Below are positions 20,787 to 31,344 of a stretch of 64,000 nt of DNA, piece after piece. A program made the position numbers and the translations under genes. The notes under the pieces are model-generated. The model did no database searches and had not been told where the DNA came from. It was given only the letters and a program-made list of their open reading frames with translations. Source of the DNA: Candidatus Latescibacterota bacterium (lineage in GTDB: Bacteria > Latescibacterota > UBA2968); the NCBI GenBank assembly GCA_965207885.1, contig OZ242311.1:1280001-1344000 (forward strand), in the 5' to 3' direction. Each line of letters opens with the position of its first letter. The stretch's first letter is position 1.

Positions 20787-21567
20787 GCCCTATCAACTCC
20801 TGCAACCTGGCGGCAATATCCGGTTCGCGCATCAAACTTTCGCCCACCAGCACGGCATCTGCGCCCGCATCTCGAAGCGCGACAACATCCTCCCGCGTAT
20901 AAATACCGCTCTCACTCACCTTCAACACATCATCGGGAATATGATCAATCAACCCATAAGTCGTATCCAGAGACGTATCAAAAGTCTTCAAATTCCGATT
21001 GTTAATCCCAACAACCTCTGCCCCAGCATCGAGCGCGACCATCAGTTCTTCTCTCTCGTGTACCTCCACCAGCGCATCCAGACCCAGCGCACGGCTCGTC
21101 GCTATAAATGAGGACAATTCTTCAGGCGTTAAAATCGACACAATCAACAACACAGCCGAAGCCCCAATCGCGCGCGCCTCGTAAATCTGATAGGGATCAA
21201 TCGTGAAATCCTTTCGCAAAATGGGCCGATCAACAACTGTTGAAATCTGAGTCAAATAATCTGCCGACCCCTGAAAAAATTTCTCATCCGTCAATACCGA
21301 AATCGCCGAAGCTCCATTTTCCACATAAATTTTCGCAATGCCCACTGCGTCAAAATCCCCGCGTATCACACCCTTAGAGGGCGATGCCTTTTTTACCTCG
21401 GCGATCACAGCAATATCATCCCCATCTACCAGCCCATCAAAAAACGAAGGCGGTTCCGGCGCCTCCTCGGCCAACTGCGCCATCTCCTCAAACGGCGTCT
21501 GCGCCATACACCTGGCGAGAAACCTGCGTTTATACGCCACAATTTTGTCGAGAATATTGCCGGCCAT
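20776..21567 (-). CDS. trpC: Indole-3-glycerol phosphate synthase
   Basis: IAEVKKASPSKG, SVLTD, LRKDF, GINNRNL and SESGI. Confidence 0.97.
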   Translation of the reverse strand: MAGNILDKIVAYKRRFLARCMAQTPFEEMAQLAEEAPEPPSFFDGLVDGDDIAVIAEVKKASPSKGVIRGDFDAVGIAKIYVENGASAISVLTDEKFFQGSADYLTQISTVVDRPILRKDFTIDPYQIYEARAIGASAVLLIVSILTPEELSSFIATSRALGLDALVEVHEREELMVALDAGAEVVGINNRNLKTFDTSLDTTYGLIDHIPDDVLKVSESGIYTREDVVALRDAGADAVLVGESLMREPDIAARLQELIGHAS

Positions 21568-21592
21568 AAAATCCCACCATCCTCAGACGGTG

Positions 21593-22657
21593 CTAAAGCC
21601 AAGACCGCGGATCGGGAACGGACACCCATCCATTTTCGCGTACTGACTGCAACCCCGCAATACCGGGCAGTGTCATATCCAGCGCCTGCATCAAATCTAC
21701 CGGCGGTGGCGATCCATTCGCAACCGCCCGCACAAAATCCAGAACAATGAGCATACTCGTTTTGCCGTGCCCTGCACCGAGCGCGCTCGAAAACTGGGGC
21801 AACTCGGGATGGTGGCATTCTTCGCGCGTCACCTGCTCCTTATTCCCCACCGAATAATAACACACCGTTCGGGCTTCGCGAAATCGCCCCGTCTCTAAAG
21901 AACCCTCATCGCCATAAAAACTCAAGAAATGGCTCATCCCATGCACATTCTGAAACGAATTGGTCAACCTGAACACCGCACCTTCTTCGGTTCGAAACAA
22001 AGCCGTCTGTACCCAATCTGCTTCATACCCTTCTAAAAACTCATCTCTTCCTGAAGCCGAAACAGCCATGACCTCAACCAGACGATCGCCCGTCATATTC
22101 AAATACGGCGACGTCCCATGTGTCGGATAAAGAAGGGGTTGTAAACTATTCCGCCAGGTCGGCCGCCTATCGGGATGTCGCCTCAACGCTTTTAGACCGT
22201 GAATATACTCGGCTTCGGCATAGTAAATACGCCCCAGCTTCCGCGCTTCATAAAGCGACCTGGCGCGCACCACACTGGGTTCATAGACCCAATTCTCAGC
22301 CATCATATAAATGCGGTCACTTTTTGAAATAACCTCGACCAGCACCCTTGCCTCATCCATAGTCAGCGCAGCGGGCACGGCACACAAAACGTGCTTACCG
22401 GCCCGGATCGCTCGAATCACCTGTTCTGCATGAAGCGGCGCGGGAGTAAAAATAGCCACCGCATCAATCCGTTCATCAGCGACCAGATCATCAAAAGCCG
22501 CATAACAAACATCGACACCCAACTGCTCTTTTGCCTCGTCCAGTTTCTCCTGCTGGATGTCACAAACAGCGACCAACTCAGTCTCGGCATACGCATCAAA
22601 CACCCGTGCCCAGGACATGCCAAATCGCAAACCAGCAACACCTACAGAAAGAGCCAT
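21593..22657 (-). CDS. Gfo/Idh/MocA family oxidoreductase
   Basis: N-terminal Rossmann fold, TPAPLH, AGKHVLCAVP, YAEAEYIH and YPTH. Confidence 0.85.
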   Translation of the reverse strand: MALSVGVAGLRFGMSWARVFDAYAETELVAVCDIQQEKLDEAKEQLGVDVCYAAFDDLVADERIDAVAIFTPAPLHAEQVIRAIRAGKHVLCAVPAALTMDEARVLVEVISKSDRIYMMAENWVYEPSVVRARSLYEARKLGRIYYAEAEYIHGLKALRRHPDRRPTWRNSLQPLLYPTHGTSPYLNMTGDRLVEVMAVSASGRDEFLEGYEADWVQTALFRTEEGAVFRLTNSFQNVHGMSHFLSFYGDEGSLETGRFREARTVCYYSVGNKEQVTREECHHPELPQFSSALGAGHGKTSMLIVLDFVRAVANGSPPPVDLMQALDMTLPGIAGLQSVRENGWVSVPDPRSWL

Positions 22658-22680
22658 TTTACCTCACTTCATCTCCAGAA

Positions 22681-23700
22681 TCATTCCTGACTCGCCGCGA
22701 CCAAAGCGTCCAACTTCTCCAACGCCTTGCCCGAGTCAATCACTTCAGCGGCGACCTGCACACCTTCGTTCAAATCACGCGCCTTATCGCCCGTCACAAT
22801 TGCCGCTGCCGCATTCAACAGCACAATATCGCGTTGAGGACCTTCCTCCCCATTCAGAATCGACCGCGTAATCTCCGCATTATAATCGGCATCTCCACCT
22901 TTTAGCGCATCGGCTGGCGCCTGCGCCAGCCCAAAGTCCCCAGGTGATACATCATACGTCGAAACCGATCCATTTTTCAATTCGCTCACCCTCGTCGGAC
23001 CCGTCAGCGTCATCTCATCCAAACCATCCGAACCGTGAACGACAAACGCGCGCTCCGCCCCCAGGGTCGCCAAAACACCTGCGAGTGTCTCGGTCAATGC
23101 CGCGCTGTACACACCGACCACCTGCCGCGTTGCACCCGCCGGATTGCTCAGCGGTCCCAGCGCATTGAAAATTGTCCGCGCACCAATTTCCCGACGCGGC
23201 CCAATCGCGTATTTCATCGCCCCATGCAACGAAATGGCAAACAAAAACCCAATCCCCACATCGTCCAGACACCTGCTCATCGTCTCGGGCGATGCCTCAA
23301 TACTCACACCCAATGCACTCAGCACATCCGCGCTACCACTTTGACTCGTTGCCGCGCGATTGCCGTGTTTGGCCACACACAAACCCGCCCCAGCCGCGAC
23401 AAATGCCGCAGTTGTCGAAATATTAAACGTGCCCGAATGATCGCCCCCCGTACCACATGTATCGACAATCACATCGTGCTTTGTCGCAATAGGCGTTGCC
23501 TTCTCGCGCATCACAGACGCGGCCCCGGCAATCTCATCAACACACTCGCCCTTCACGCGCAACGCAATCAAAAACGCGCCGATCTGTGCATCCGTCGCCT
23601 CGCCCGACATAATCTGATTCATCACATCCGTCATCTCATCCCGGCTCAAATCCGCACCTTCGATCACTTTTGCAATCGCCTCTTGTATGTTCATACTCAT
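22681..23700 (-). CDS. trpD: Anthranilate phosphoribosyltransferase
   Basis: DTCGTGGD, FNIST, AKHGNR, SGSADVL and DGLDE. Confidence 0.97.
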   Translation of the reverse strand: MSMNIQEAIAKVIEGADLSRDEMTDVMNQIMSGEATDAQIGAFLIALRVKGECVDEIAGAASVMREKATPIATKHDVIVDTCGTGGDHSGTFNISTTAAFVAAGAGLCVAKHGNRAATSQSGSADVLSALGVSIEASPETMSRCLDDVGIGFLFAISLHGAMKYAIGPRREIGARTIFNALGPLSNPAGATRQVVGVYSAALTETLAGVLATLGAERAFVVHGSDGLDEMTLTGPTRVSELKNGSVSTYDVSPGDFGLAQAPADALKGGDADYNAEITRSILNGEEGPQRDIVLLNAAAAIVTGDKARDLNEGVQVAAEVIDSGKALEKLDALVAASQE

Positions 23701-23716
23701 CTCCTCAGCTAACAAA

Positions 23717-24280
23717 TCATGCATCGAGAAAATTTTGCAGCAAATTCTTGCCTTCACCCGTCAAAATCGATTCCGGATGAAACTGCACGCCATCCACCGC
23801 CATATCTCGATGGCGCAAACCCATAATCACGCCATCATCGGTCTCTGCCGTAATTTCCAGACAAACGGGCAAACTCTCTCGCTCGACCACCAGCGAATGG
23901 TAGCGCGTGGCAATAAACGGCTCAGGTAATCCCTCAAAAATAGACTTCCTCGTATGATGAATTTCCGACACCTTCCCGTGCATAATCGTCGGCGCGCCCA
24001 CAATTTTTCCACCAAATGCCTGCCCGATGGACTGATGCCCCAGACAAACCCCTAAAATCGGAATTTCCCCCGCAAAATGCTGCACCAAAGCCACGGAAAT
24101 TCCCGCTTCGTTTGGCGTACACGGCCCCGGAGAAATCACGATCTTCTCAGGTGCGATATCCGCAATCTCTTCAAGTGAGATTTGATCATTGCGATACACC
24201 ACCAGATCCGCACCCAGTTCGCCGAGATATTGAACGAGGTTATAAGTAAAAGAATCGTAGTTATCAATGACGAGAATCAC
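23717..24280 (-). CDS. trpG: Anthranilate synthase component II
   Basis: [27 protein letters not shown] and QFHPES. Confidence 0.95.
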   Translation of the reverse strand: MILVIDNYDSFTYNLVQYLGELGADLVVYRNDQISLEEIADIAPEKIVISPGPCTPNEAGISVALVQHFAGEIPILGVCLGHQSIGQAFGGKIVGAPTIMHGKVSEIHHTRKSIFEGLPEPFIATRYHSLVVERESLPVCLEITAETDDGVIMGLRHRDMAVDGVQFHPESILTGEGKNLLQNFLDA

Positions 24281-25752
24281 AACAACACTCCTCTTTCAGC
24301 CATTTCCACCGCCCGAAACAGTGCCCGCGCTTTGTTCACGGTCTCCTGATATTCGTATTCCGGCTCTGAATCAAACACCACACCACCTCCTGCCTGCACA
24401 TACGCTTTGCCATTCTTAATCACCAGCGTGCGAATGGCAATACACGTATCCATATTGCCCGCAAAATCGATATAACCCACCGCACCGGCATAAGGCCCGC
24501 GGCGCGTAGGTTCCATCTCGTCGATAATCTCCATCGCCCGAATTTTTGGCGCGCCCGACACCGTACCAGCCGGATAACATGCAAAAAGCGCGTCCAGCGC
24601 ATCGACACCCTCGTGCAATTCCCCGCACACATTCGAAACGATATGCATCACATGAGAATAGCGTTCAATCGCCATCTGCTCGGTCACGCGCACCGTATCA
24701 AACCTGGAAACGCGCCCCACATCATTGCGCCCCAGATCCACCAGCATAATATGCTCGGCGCGTTCTTTTTCATCTGCCAACAACTCCTGTGACAGCACCT
24801 GATCCTCTGCCTCTGTTTTGCCGCGCCACCGCGTCCCCGCAATAGGTCGCACCTGCACCACCCCGTCCTCTACCCTGACGAGCAACTCGGGCGACGCGCC
24901 CACGAGTTGATGATCTTTCAAATCGACGTGAAACATATAAGGCGACGGATTCACCGTCCGCAACGCCCGATAAATATCCAGTGCATCCACCGTCACATCC
25001 ATTGCAAAGCGCTGCGAAGGCACCACCTGGAAAATATCACCTGCCACAATGTATTCCCTGCAATGCGCCACCACATCCATATACGCTTCTTTGCTCGTAT
25101 TTGAAGTCACGACACACGAACTCGTGCCCGGTTTCAGAGACACATCCACCGGTTGCGCCAGTACCTCAATAAGTGTATCGATCCGTTTGACTGCATCCTC
25201 GTAATTCGCCTCCAAATCTCCCTCTGTATGCACATTGGCCATCACATGCACTTTGTGCGTCACATTGTCAAACGCCAGCACCGAATCGTAAAAGGAAAAA
25301 AATATATCGTCAAAACCGAGATCGTCTTCAACCGTCTCGGGAATGCGCTCAATCAAACGCACGGCATCGTAACTCACATAGCCCACAGCACCGCCTGTAA
25401 ATCGAGGCAACCCCTCCACAGGTTGCGAATGGTATTTTTTTAACAACCCACGCAATACCTCAATAGGCTCCCCGTCAAATAGTCGCAGCTCACCCGTCGT
25501 CGCATGTTCAATCGAAATTTTTGTTCCGCGCGAACGAAAAACCAGAAACGGATCCACGCCTAAAAACGAATACCGCCCAATCTGCTCGCCGCCCACCACG
25601 CTTTCAAACAAAAACGCATGCGATGATCTGGCGCGAATTTTCAAATAAGCCGAAACAGGCGTCTCCGTATCCGCGAGTAGTTCTCTTGAAATGGGAACGA
25701 GACCACAGTCTTTGCTCATCTTCTTCACAGTTTTGAGATCGGGTTGAATCAC
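24277..25752 (-). CDS. trpE: Anthranilate synthase component I
   Basis: [33 protein letters not shown] and [11 protein letters not shown] start after AAGGA. Confidence 0.96.
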   Translation of the reverse strand: MIQPDLKTVKKMSKDCGLVPISRELLADTETPVSAYLKIRARSSHAFLFESVVGGEQIGRYSFLGVDPFLVFRSRGTKISIEHATTGELRLFDGEPIEVLRGLLKKYHSQPVEGLPRFTGGAVGYVSYDAVRLIERIPETVEDDLGFDDIFFSFYDSVLAFDNVTHKVHVMANVHTEGDLEANYEDAVKRIDTLIEVLAQPVDVSLKPGTSSCVVTSNTSKEAYMDVVAHCREYIVAGDIFQVVPSQRFAMDVTVDALDIYRALRTVNPSPYMFHVDLKDHQLVGASPELLVRVEDGVVQVRPIAGTRWRGKTEAEDQVLSQELLADEKERAEHIMLVDLGRNDVGRVSRFDTVRVTEQMAIERYSHVMHIVSNVCGELHEGVDALDALFACYPAGTVSGAPKIRAMEIIDEMEPTRRGPYAGAVGYIDFAGNMDTCIAIRTLVIKNGKAYVQAGGGVVFDSEPEYEYQETVNKARALFRAVEMAERGVLL

Positions 25753-25765
25753 TGGAAAATCCTTA

Positions 25766-25805
25766 AAGAAAATAAAAAAGGTCGTGAGCAGTTTGCCCAC
25801 GACCT
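25766..25805 (-). terminator. Intrinsic terminator (attenuator) upstream of trpE
   Basis: RNA: AGGUCGUGGGCA-AAC-UGCUCACGACCU (12-bp stem, one G-U pair) followed by UUUUUAUUUUCUUU. Confidence 0.9.
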
Positions 25806-25832
25806 CGTACTTTTATTTTCATACCAAAACAC

Positions 25833-25934
25833 TCAACACGCAGGACAAACCACACTCTTGGACGGGCGGCAATAATAATATCGACCGTCAAATCGACGCC
25901 AAAAATACCAGAAGTAGGTCGCAAAAGCGTTCAT
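25833..25934 (-). CDS. Aromatic amino acid attenuation leader peptide MNAFATYFWYFWRRFDGRYYYCRPSKSVVCPAC
   Basis: 33 codons, 11 aromatic (4 Phe, 2 Trp, 5 Tyr). AAGGA RBS at 25949-25945 (in-frame GTG at 25937 is an alternative start). Lies between the promoter and the terminator. Confidence 0.88.
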   Translation of the reverse strand: MNAFATYFWYFWRRFDGRYYYCRPSKSVVCPAC

Positions 25935-25975
25935 CACATCAAATTCCTTAAACCAGAGTTATATCGGACGCGCCA

Positions 25976-26003
25976 AAGATAACAAATTCTAAAACAGTGT
26001 CAA
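25976..26003 (-). promoter_or_regulatory. sigma70-type promoter of the aromatic operon
   Basis: TTGACA-16 nt-TATCTT with extended -10 TG. Confidence 0.7.
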
Positions 26004-26012
26004 GAGGGAAGT

Positions 26013-26783
<771 letters not shown>

Positions 26784-26803
26784 AAAACACCTCACAATCA
26801 GAT

Positions 26804-27475
26804 TTAAACTTCCAACGACATCGCATCAACCGGCTCCATCTTGGCAGCGCGATAGGCCGGCAAAATACCGCCAACCAGCGACAAAACAGAACCAATAACA
26901 ATAGCTTTAACACCATCTTCAAGAATTTGAGCCAGAGGAAGATGATCGAAAATCACCGTGCCAAAACTCGACATATTGAGCAATGCAGTCAGCAAAAACC
27001 CAATGATCACGCCAATAACCGTGCCTGCTGTACCCATAAACGTCGATTCGAGAATAAACAGCTTAATAATAAATCCGTCCAGGGCGCCCATACATTTCAT
27101 GGTGCCAATCTCGCGGAACCGCTCGGTAACAGACATCAGCATAGCATTGGCAATACCCACCAAACACACGAGCAGTGACAACACCACCAGCCATGCATCC
27201 TTCGACCGTTGCTGCATTGCGGCGGCACTGTCGGGATCAATTTCAACGCCCTTTTGTTGCAAGATCAAATTGATCTTGGGATCGCCAGCACCCATCAAAC
27301 CATCAATAATGGAATTGCCCGCCCAAATCGACATCAAAAAAGCGATAGCAAGCACAATACCACTCACCGTAATCAAAGATCGGCCAAATCGAATCTTAAC
27401 GCTATTAAAACTGATCTCAACCGCTTTGGAAAGCGGAAGAGATATCTGGGTATTGAGTTCGTGCTGCTGTGCCAT
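26804..27475 (-). CDS. Short FtsX-like ABC permease
   Basis: ANAMLMSVTERFREIGTMKCMGA and PAYRAAKMEPVDAM. Four TM segments with a very small periplasmic loop. Confidence 0.88.
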   Translation of the reverse strand: MAQQHELNTQISLPLSKAVEISFNSVKIRFGRSLITVSGIVLAIAFLMSIWAGNSIIDGLMGAGDPKINLILQQKGVEIDPDSAAAMQQRSKDAWLVVLSLLVCLVGIANAMLMSVTERFREIGTMKCMGALDGFIIKLFILESTFMGTAGTVIGVIIGFLLTALLNMSSFGTVIFDHLPLAQILEDGVKAIVIGSVLSLVGGILPAYRAAKMEPVDAMSLEV

Positions 27476-27516
27476 AAACGCCTCCAGTTACAAAAGAACT
27501 ACACTAATCGGTGTTC

Positions 27517-27545
27517 AACATAAACGCCATGTGCCCCTCTGTCAA
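27517..27545 (-). promoter_or_regulatory. Putative sigma70 promoter for the ABC pair
   Basis: TTGACA-17 nt-TATGTT. Confidence 0.5.
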
Positions 27546-27560
27546 GCCAAAATACCAGAC

Positions 27561-28280
27561 TTATTTATTATCGGCGTTGGTCTTTTTTCGCAAAAAATAG
27601 AATGTCAACAATTGCTTGAGAAACAAATAGTACTCAGTCCAGTTCAACTTGCTGCTGCTGTATTGCCGGTTGCGAAACACAAAGGGGACCTCTATAAAAG
27701 ACTCATAATGCCCCTTGACCAGAATCTCCAGTAAAATTTTATACCCCGGCGAAGTCAATGCCATGTCTTTAATAACGCGCCGATGCAAGAAAAAATAGCC
27801 CGCCAGCGGGTCTTGCACACCGGTTAATTGCCGCGCGAGAAATACCCCCAATTGAGAAATAAACCTGCGGTACCAGGCCCATTTTTCGACGTGACTCTCC
27901 GAATCAAACCGGCTACCAATAGCCAGATCGTGATCCCGCAACCCGTAAATGAGCTGAGGCAAAACAATGGGATCGTGGCTCAAATCGGCGTCAATCACCC
28001 CCAGGAGATCCCGCTCTGCCCGCTCAAAACCGGCCATCACAGCACTGCCCAATCCCAATTTCCCGGCGCGGTGAACCACCTGCACCGGATAGCGCTCCAC
28101 GAGTGATTCGGCCACCTCTCCCGTGCCATCGGGCGAATTGTCATCAACCACAATTAATTCGAGATCGATGTCGGGATGGTCTTTCAGAACGTCGAATATT
28201 TCTTCGGCCAATAAAGAAATGTTCTCGCGCTCGTTATAGGTGGGTGTAATCAGAGAAATACGGAGTATATTATCAGACAT
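27561..28280 (-). CDS. Polyprenol-phosphate mannosyltransferase-like GT2 (DPM1-like)
   Basis: PTYNEREN, VDDNSPDGT, GLGSA, DADLSHDP and GYKILLE. Confidence 0.88.
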   Translation of the reverse strand: MSDNILRISLITPTYNERENISLLAEEIFDVLKDHPDIDLELIVVDDNSPDGTGEVAESLVERYPVQVVHRAGKLGLGSAVMAGFERAERDLLGVIDADLSHDPIVLPQLIYGLRDHDLAIGSRFDSESHVEKWAWYRRFISQLGVFLARQLTGVQDPLAGYFFLHRRVIKDMALTSPGYKILLEILVKGHYESFIEVPFVFRNRQYSSSKLNWTEYYLFLKQLLTFYFLRKKTNADNK

Positions 28281-29169
28281 AGGTATTAACAATCCTGTGA
28301 AAGACGCTCTTTAATTGCCTCAAATTATGCTCAAAAGAGGCAGGTACAATATCACATAATGTTCCGGCAAGGGCGGTTGTCAACCCGGCTCGCAACGGGC
28401 GCTGTGCGAGCTGTCCAAATTCTGCGGACGTCATGGAAGATACCAGTGAAAAGTCAAGCTCCATCACAGCACAAATCCGTTCGACCATTTCAAAGCGCGT
28501 CAAAAAATCCGCCCCGCCAAAATGCACCACACCGCGGAAGTCAGTGCGGCACAGTTGAAAAATAAATGCGGCGAGTTCATCGACAAAAGTCGGATTTGTC
28601 CACTCGTCTATCACCACGCGAATCGCCTCGCGTCCTGCCAGCGATGAAATGGCCCAGGTCACAAAATTGGGCCGACAAGACGGGCGAAAACCGTACAATA
28701 CCGCCGTTCGCACCACAATGCCGGGGCAAAGTGCGTTCAGCAGAACAACTTCGCTTTCTAACTTGGTCTGCCCATACACATTCACCGGATGTACTTCATC
28801 GCCCTCGGCATAAGGCCCTTTCTCTCCATCAAACACATAATTGGTCGATAAGTTCACCAGACCGCATCCAACCCGTTCACACGCTTGAACCAAATTGCGC
28901 GTTCCATCGACGTGTATCGCATGCGCAAGCGCGGGATTGCGCTCGCATCCATCAACGCTTGTCATAGCTGCCGAATTGATCACCCACCGGGGGCGTACCT
29001 GTGCCACCACCTCGTGTACCAAATCGGGCCGTGTCAAATCTACGACGAGATGACCTTTTTCACCGTTGCGGGATGCGGGTACTCGCTCCCAATCACTGCG
29101 GGATGCATCGCAAAGCGCATGCCCCAAAAAGCCCGATGCGCCGATAATGAGCAACCGATTATTAGCCAT
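28273..29169 (-). CDS. rfbD: dTDP-4-dehydrorhamnose reductase family SDR
   Basis: GASGFLG, AAMTSVDGCE, STNYVFDG and YGQTKLESE. Confidence 0.82.
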   Translation of the reverse strand: MANNRLLIIGASGFLGHALCDASRSDWERVPASRNGEKGHLVVDLTRPDLVHEVVAQVRPRWVINSAAMTSVDGCERNPALAHAIHVDGTRNLVQACERVGCGLVNLSTNYVFDGEKGPYAEGDEVHPVNVYGQTKLESEVVLLNALCPGIVVRTAVLYGFRPSCRPNFVTWAISSLAGREAIRVVIDEWTNPTFVDELAAFIFQLCRTDFRGVVHFGGADFLTRFEMVERICAVMELDFSLVSSMTSAEFGQLAQRPLRAGLTTALAGTLCDIVPASFEHNLRQLKSVFHRIVNTYV

Positions 29170-30689
29170 TAGTTTTCGCTTTCCCGCACAAATAATGCCA
29201 ATGCGCGATTCAGCGCGCCAGCATATCCGATGCGATCTATATTGGGTCCAATCAGAGCTGTCAAAATCGCTTCGGCCCAATCTCGATAGCGCGGCATCTT
29301 CGTATGCACAAAAAGCCGCATAAAAACCTGCGCCGCTACGCCATTTCCCGAAGGCAGCCACCGATCAATAGCGGGCGAGAGCGCGACATCAACCTCGGGC
29401 ATTCGGTCACTCAAAGCGCCCGAAGAATCGGCAAAAACTGTCATAATCCGATCTGCATGCGCCCGCGCAAATAACAAATCGGCCTCGCGTTCCTGCACCT
29501 CAAACAAATCGAGAGCAGCGCGGATGATTAAAACCTGATCCAGCAAAAAACGAGGTGTATTCAAAGATCGCGCGTGGGCAAATAGACTATCATCCTGTAC
29601 AAATCTCATCTTAACTGTTTCAAAAATTCGTCGCCCAGCATCTAAAAAACGCCCCTCTCGAGTTTCGAGAAACGCCGCGCACAAACCCGAAATTGCCAGT
29701 GCATTCCAGCCCGAATAAATCTCTGCATCTCGCAATACATTTCCCGCCTGATCTCGAAAGCCAGCCAGCCCGGCCCCCAACAAAATATCGCCAGATACGG
29801 CAAATTGTTCGAGCACCGCATCGGCCAGATCGCGGGACAAATTTACCCGTGCAAACGCCCGCAGTAATTGGGCATTGACCGCCATGTGTTTTTCCGCATC
29901 AATCACAGGCCCGCGATGCGTTAATACCCCCAATACATAAACGCCGTCTGTATCGCGCCGTGCGCTGTGTGCAAAATTGATCAAAGGCGAATCAATACCC
30001 GCTTCTGCAAGCGCGAGAAGACCTTCGGGACCTGGATCAAAACCGCTTTTTATCACCGATTTCAAACTGTCGCGCACGCGGTGCAAAAGCGCTGCGCTCG
30101 GACTGATACGAGGGCGCGGATCTTTCTTTTTATCGCGTTCTACTCGCCGCTTCAACTCTGCCCGCTGCACCTCGAGCCTGACGAGCCTATCGGGATTGTC
30201 GTACAAAATTTGCACCCACCGCAACAGATCTATCATATCATCGGGATCGAGATAGGTGCTGCCCGTGATCCATTGTCCATCGGGCGTTAAAAAAGAGAGT
30301 GATGGAACCCCACCCAGACCAAAACGCTCAAATAAATCGGGTCGTTGATCGGCATCAACCCATATTGGCAGAGTGTAACGGGCAACCGCCCGTGCAATTT
30401 CTGAATCTTCAAAACACCGCGCTACCAGATCGCGGCACCAACCCGATCGCTGCGTATAAAAAAATAACAAAATGGGACGCCCGAGGATTCGGGCAGAATC
30501 TCTTTGGCTCCATGTCCGCCAGTTTATGCTTCCGCCATCCAACGCCGTTACATCTAATTTTGCCATCTCATTTCCCCCACCACATGCACCAGATAAAAAC
30601 CCAAGCACGAGTGCGATCCATATATTTTTTCGCAAAACCTGACCAACAGTACATAAATTTTGTAAAAAAAAATATGGAACTCGCTGCAT
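29169..30689 (-). CDS. YyaL/SSP411-like thioredoxin (DUF255) plus helical-barrel protein, probable lipoprotein (start uncertain; TTG 30635 possible)
   Basis: INWRTWS, VDADQRPDL, GGVPSLSFLTPDG, WNALAISGL and LPSGNGVAA. Lipobox LSGAC. Confidence 0.7.
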   Translation of the reverse strand: MQRVPYFFLQNLCTVGQVLRKNIWIALVLGFLSGACGGGNEMAKLDVTALDGGSINWRTWSQRDSARILGRPILLFFYTQRSGWCRDLVARCFEDSEIARAVARYTLPIWVDADQRPDLFERFGLGGVPSLSFLTPDGQWITGSTYLDPDDMIDLLRWVQILYDNPDRLVRLEVQRAELKRRVERDKKKDPRPRISPSAALLHRVRDSLKSVIKSGFDPGPEGLLALAEAGIDSPLINFAHSARRDTDGVYVLGVLTHRGPVIDAEKHMAVNAQLLRAFARVNLSRDLADAVLEQFAVSGDILLGAGLAGFRDQAGNVLRDAEIYSGWNALAISGLCAAFLETREGRFLDAGRRIFETVKMRFVQDDSLFAHARSLNTPRFLLDQVLIIRAALDLFEVQEREADLLFARAHADRIMTVFADSSGALSDRMPEVDVALSPAIDRWLPSGNGVAAQVFMRLFVHTKMPRYRDWAEAILTALIGPNIDRIGYAGALNRALALFVRESEN

Positions 30690-30776
30690 GGGAAAACGTC
30701 TAAACCGTTCAAAAAAGGCTTGACACATGGGAAGGATTTGCTGAAGTTCTAAAATACTTCAAAAACGGGGAAAAGC

Positions 30777-31040
30777 CTATTGAGGCGCGAATTTTTCTAT
30801 TGGGATAGCTTCGTCGATCAACATAATGGGAATCGCGTCCCGAATGGGATATAAAAAGACGCGATCTTCGCGCACCAAGCCGCCATCAATTGGCTGTTCA
30901 ATTTTTTGTCCGCCCCGGTTTTTAACCTCGCCTTTTTCAATCGCGCTGTTGATGGTGTCAATCAGCGGTTGATCGGCCAATTTTACGGGCGTTTTGTTCT
31001 CTGGACAGGCCAAAATATCGAGTAAATCCCGATCAATCAC
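30777..31040 (-). CDS. Trm112 family protein
   Basis: LLDILACP..YPIRDAIPIMLIDEA. Confidence 0.85.
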   Translation of the reverse strand: MIDRDLLDILACPENKTPVKLADQPLIDTINSAIEKGEVKNRGGQKIEQPIDGGLVREDRVFLYPIRDAIPIMLIDEAIPIEKFAPQ

Positions 31041-31255
31041 GGTTCTCTCCCTTCATCAATCACAAACTCGTGGTTTGAAAATAGTCAACACGCGAGTCTC
31101 AAACAAGCGGTTTTTTTGATTTTATCTCACCATTAATCAGGAAATTTGTCTATCGCATCACCGCTAAAGCGCTTTTTTTACATCAGTAAAATCCCATCGG
31201 CTATTTGTCCGATATCCGAGATGTGTCTGCTTTAGCGCGCGATGTTAGAATGCCC

Positions 31256-31299
31256 CCCGGTTGGCGGCGCGTTCACACGCGCTCACGGCCGGGTTTTTT
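31256..31299 (+). terminator. GC-rich hairpin plus T6 tract in the leader of the PorV-family gene
   Basis: CCCGGTTG/CGGCCGGG outer stem and GCGCGT/ACGCGC inner stem, then TTTTTT. Extended -10 TGtTAGAAT at 31243-31251. Confidence 0.5.
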
Positions 31300-31344
31300 C
31301 ATATCTTGCAGGCTTTCCGGCTAATTCTATAAAGGAGAATCCCC

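Noticed and set aside
25836-25871. Cys-rich leader tail (C..CPAC) as a metal-binding or RiPP core
   Set aside because: These codons coincide with the antiterminator arm, so RNA structure explains them. No modifying enzymes are adjacent.
25871-25880. AAT triplet repeat as a TRAP-like or microsatellite element
   Set aside because: It is explained as the three Tyr codons of the leader on the minus strand. TRAP sites are spaced (G/U)AG repeats.
31256-31299. SRP RNA or another known ncRNA
   Set aside because: It lacks the SRP GGAA tetraloop and conserved internal loop, and it is too short.
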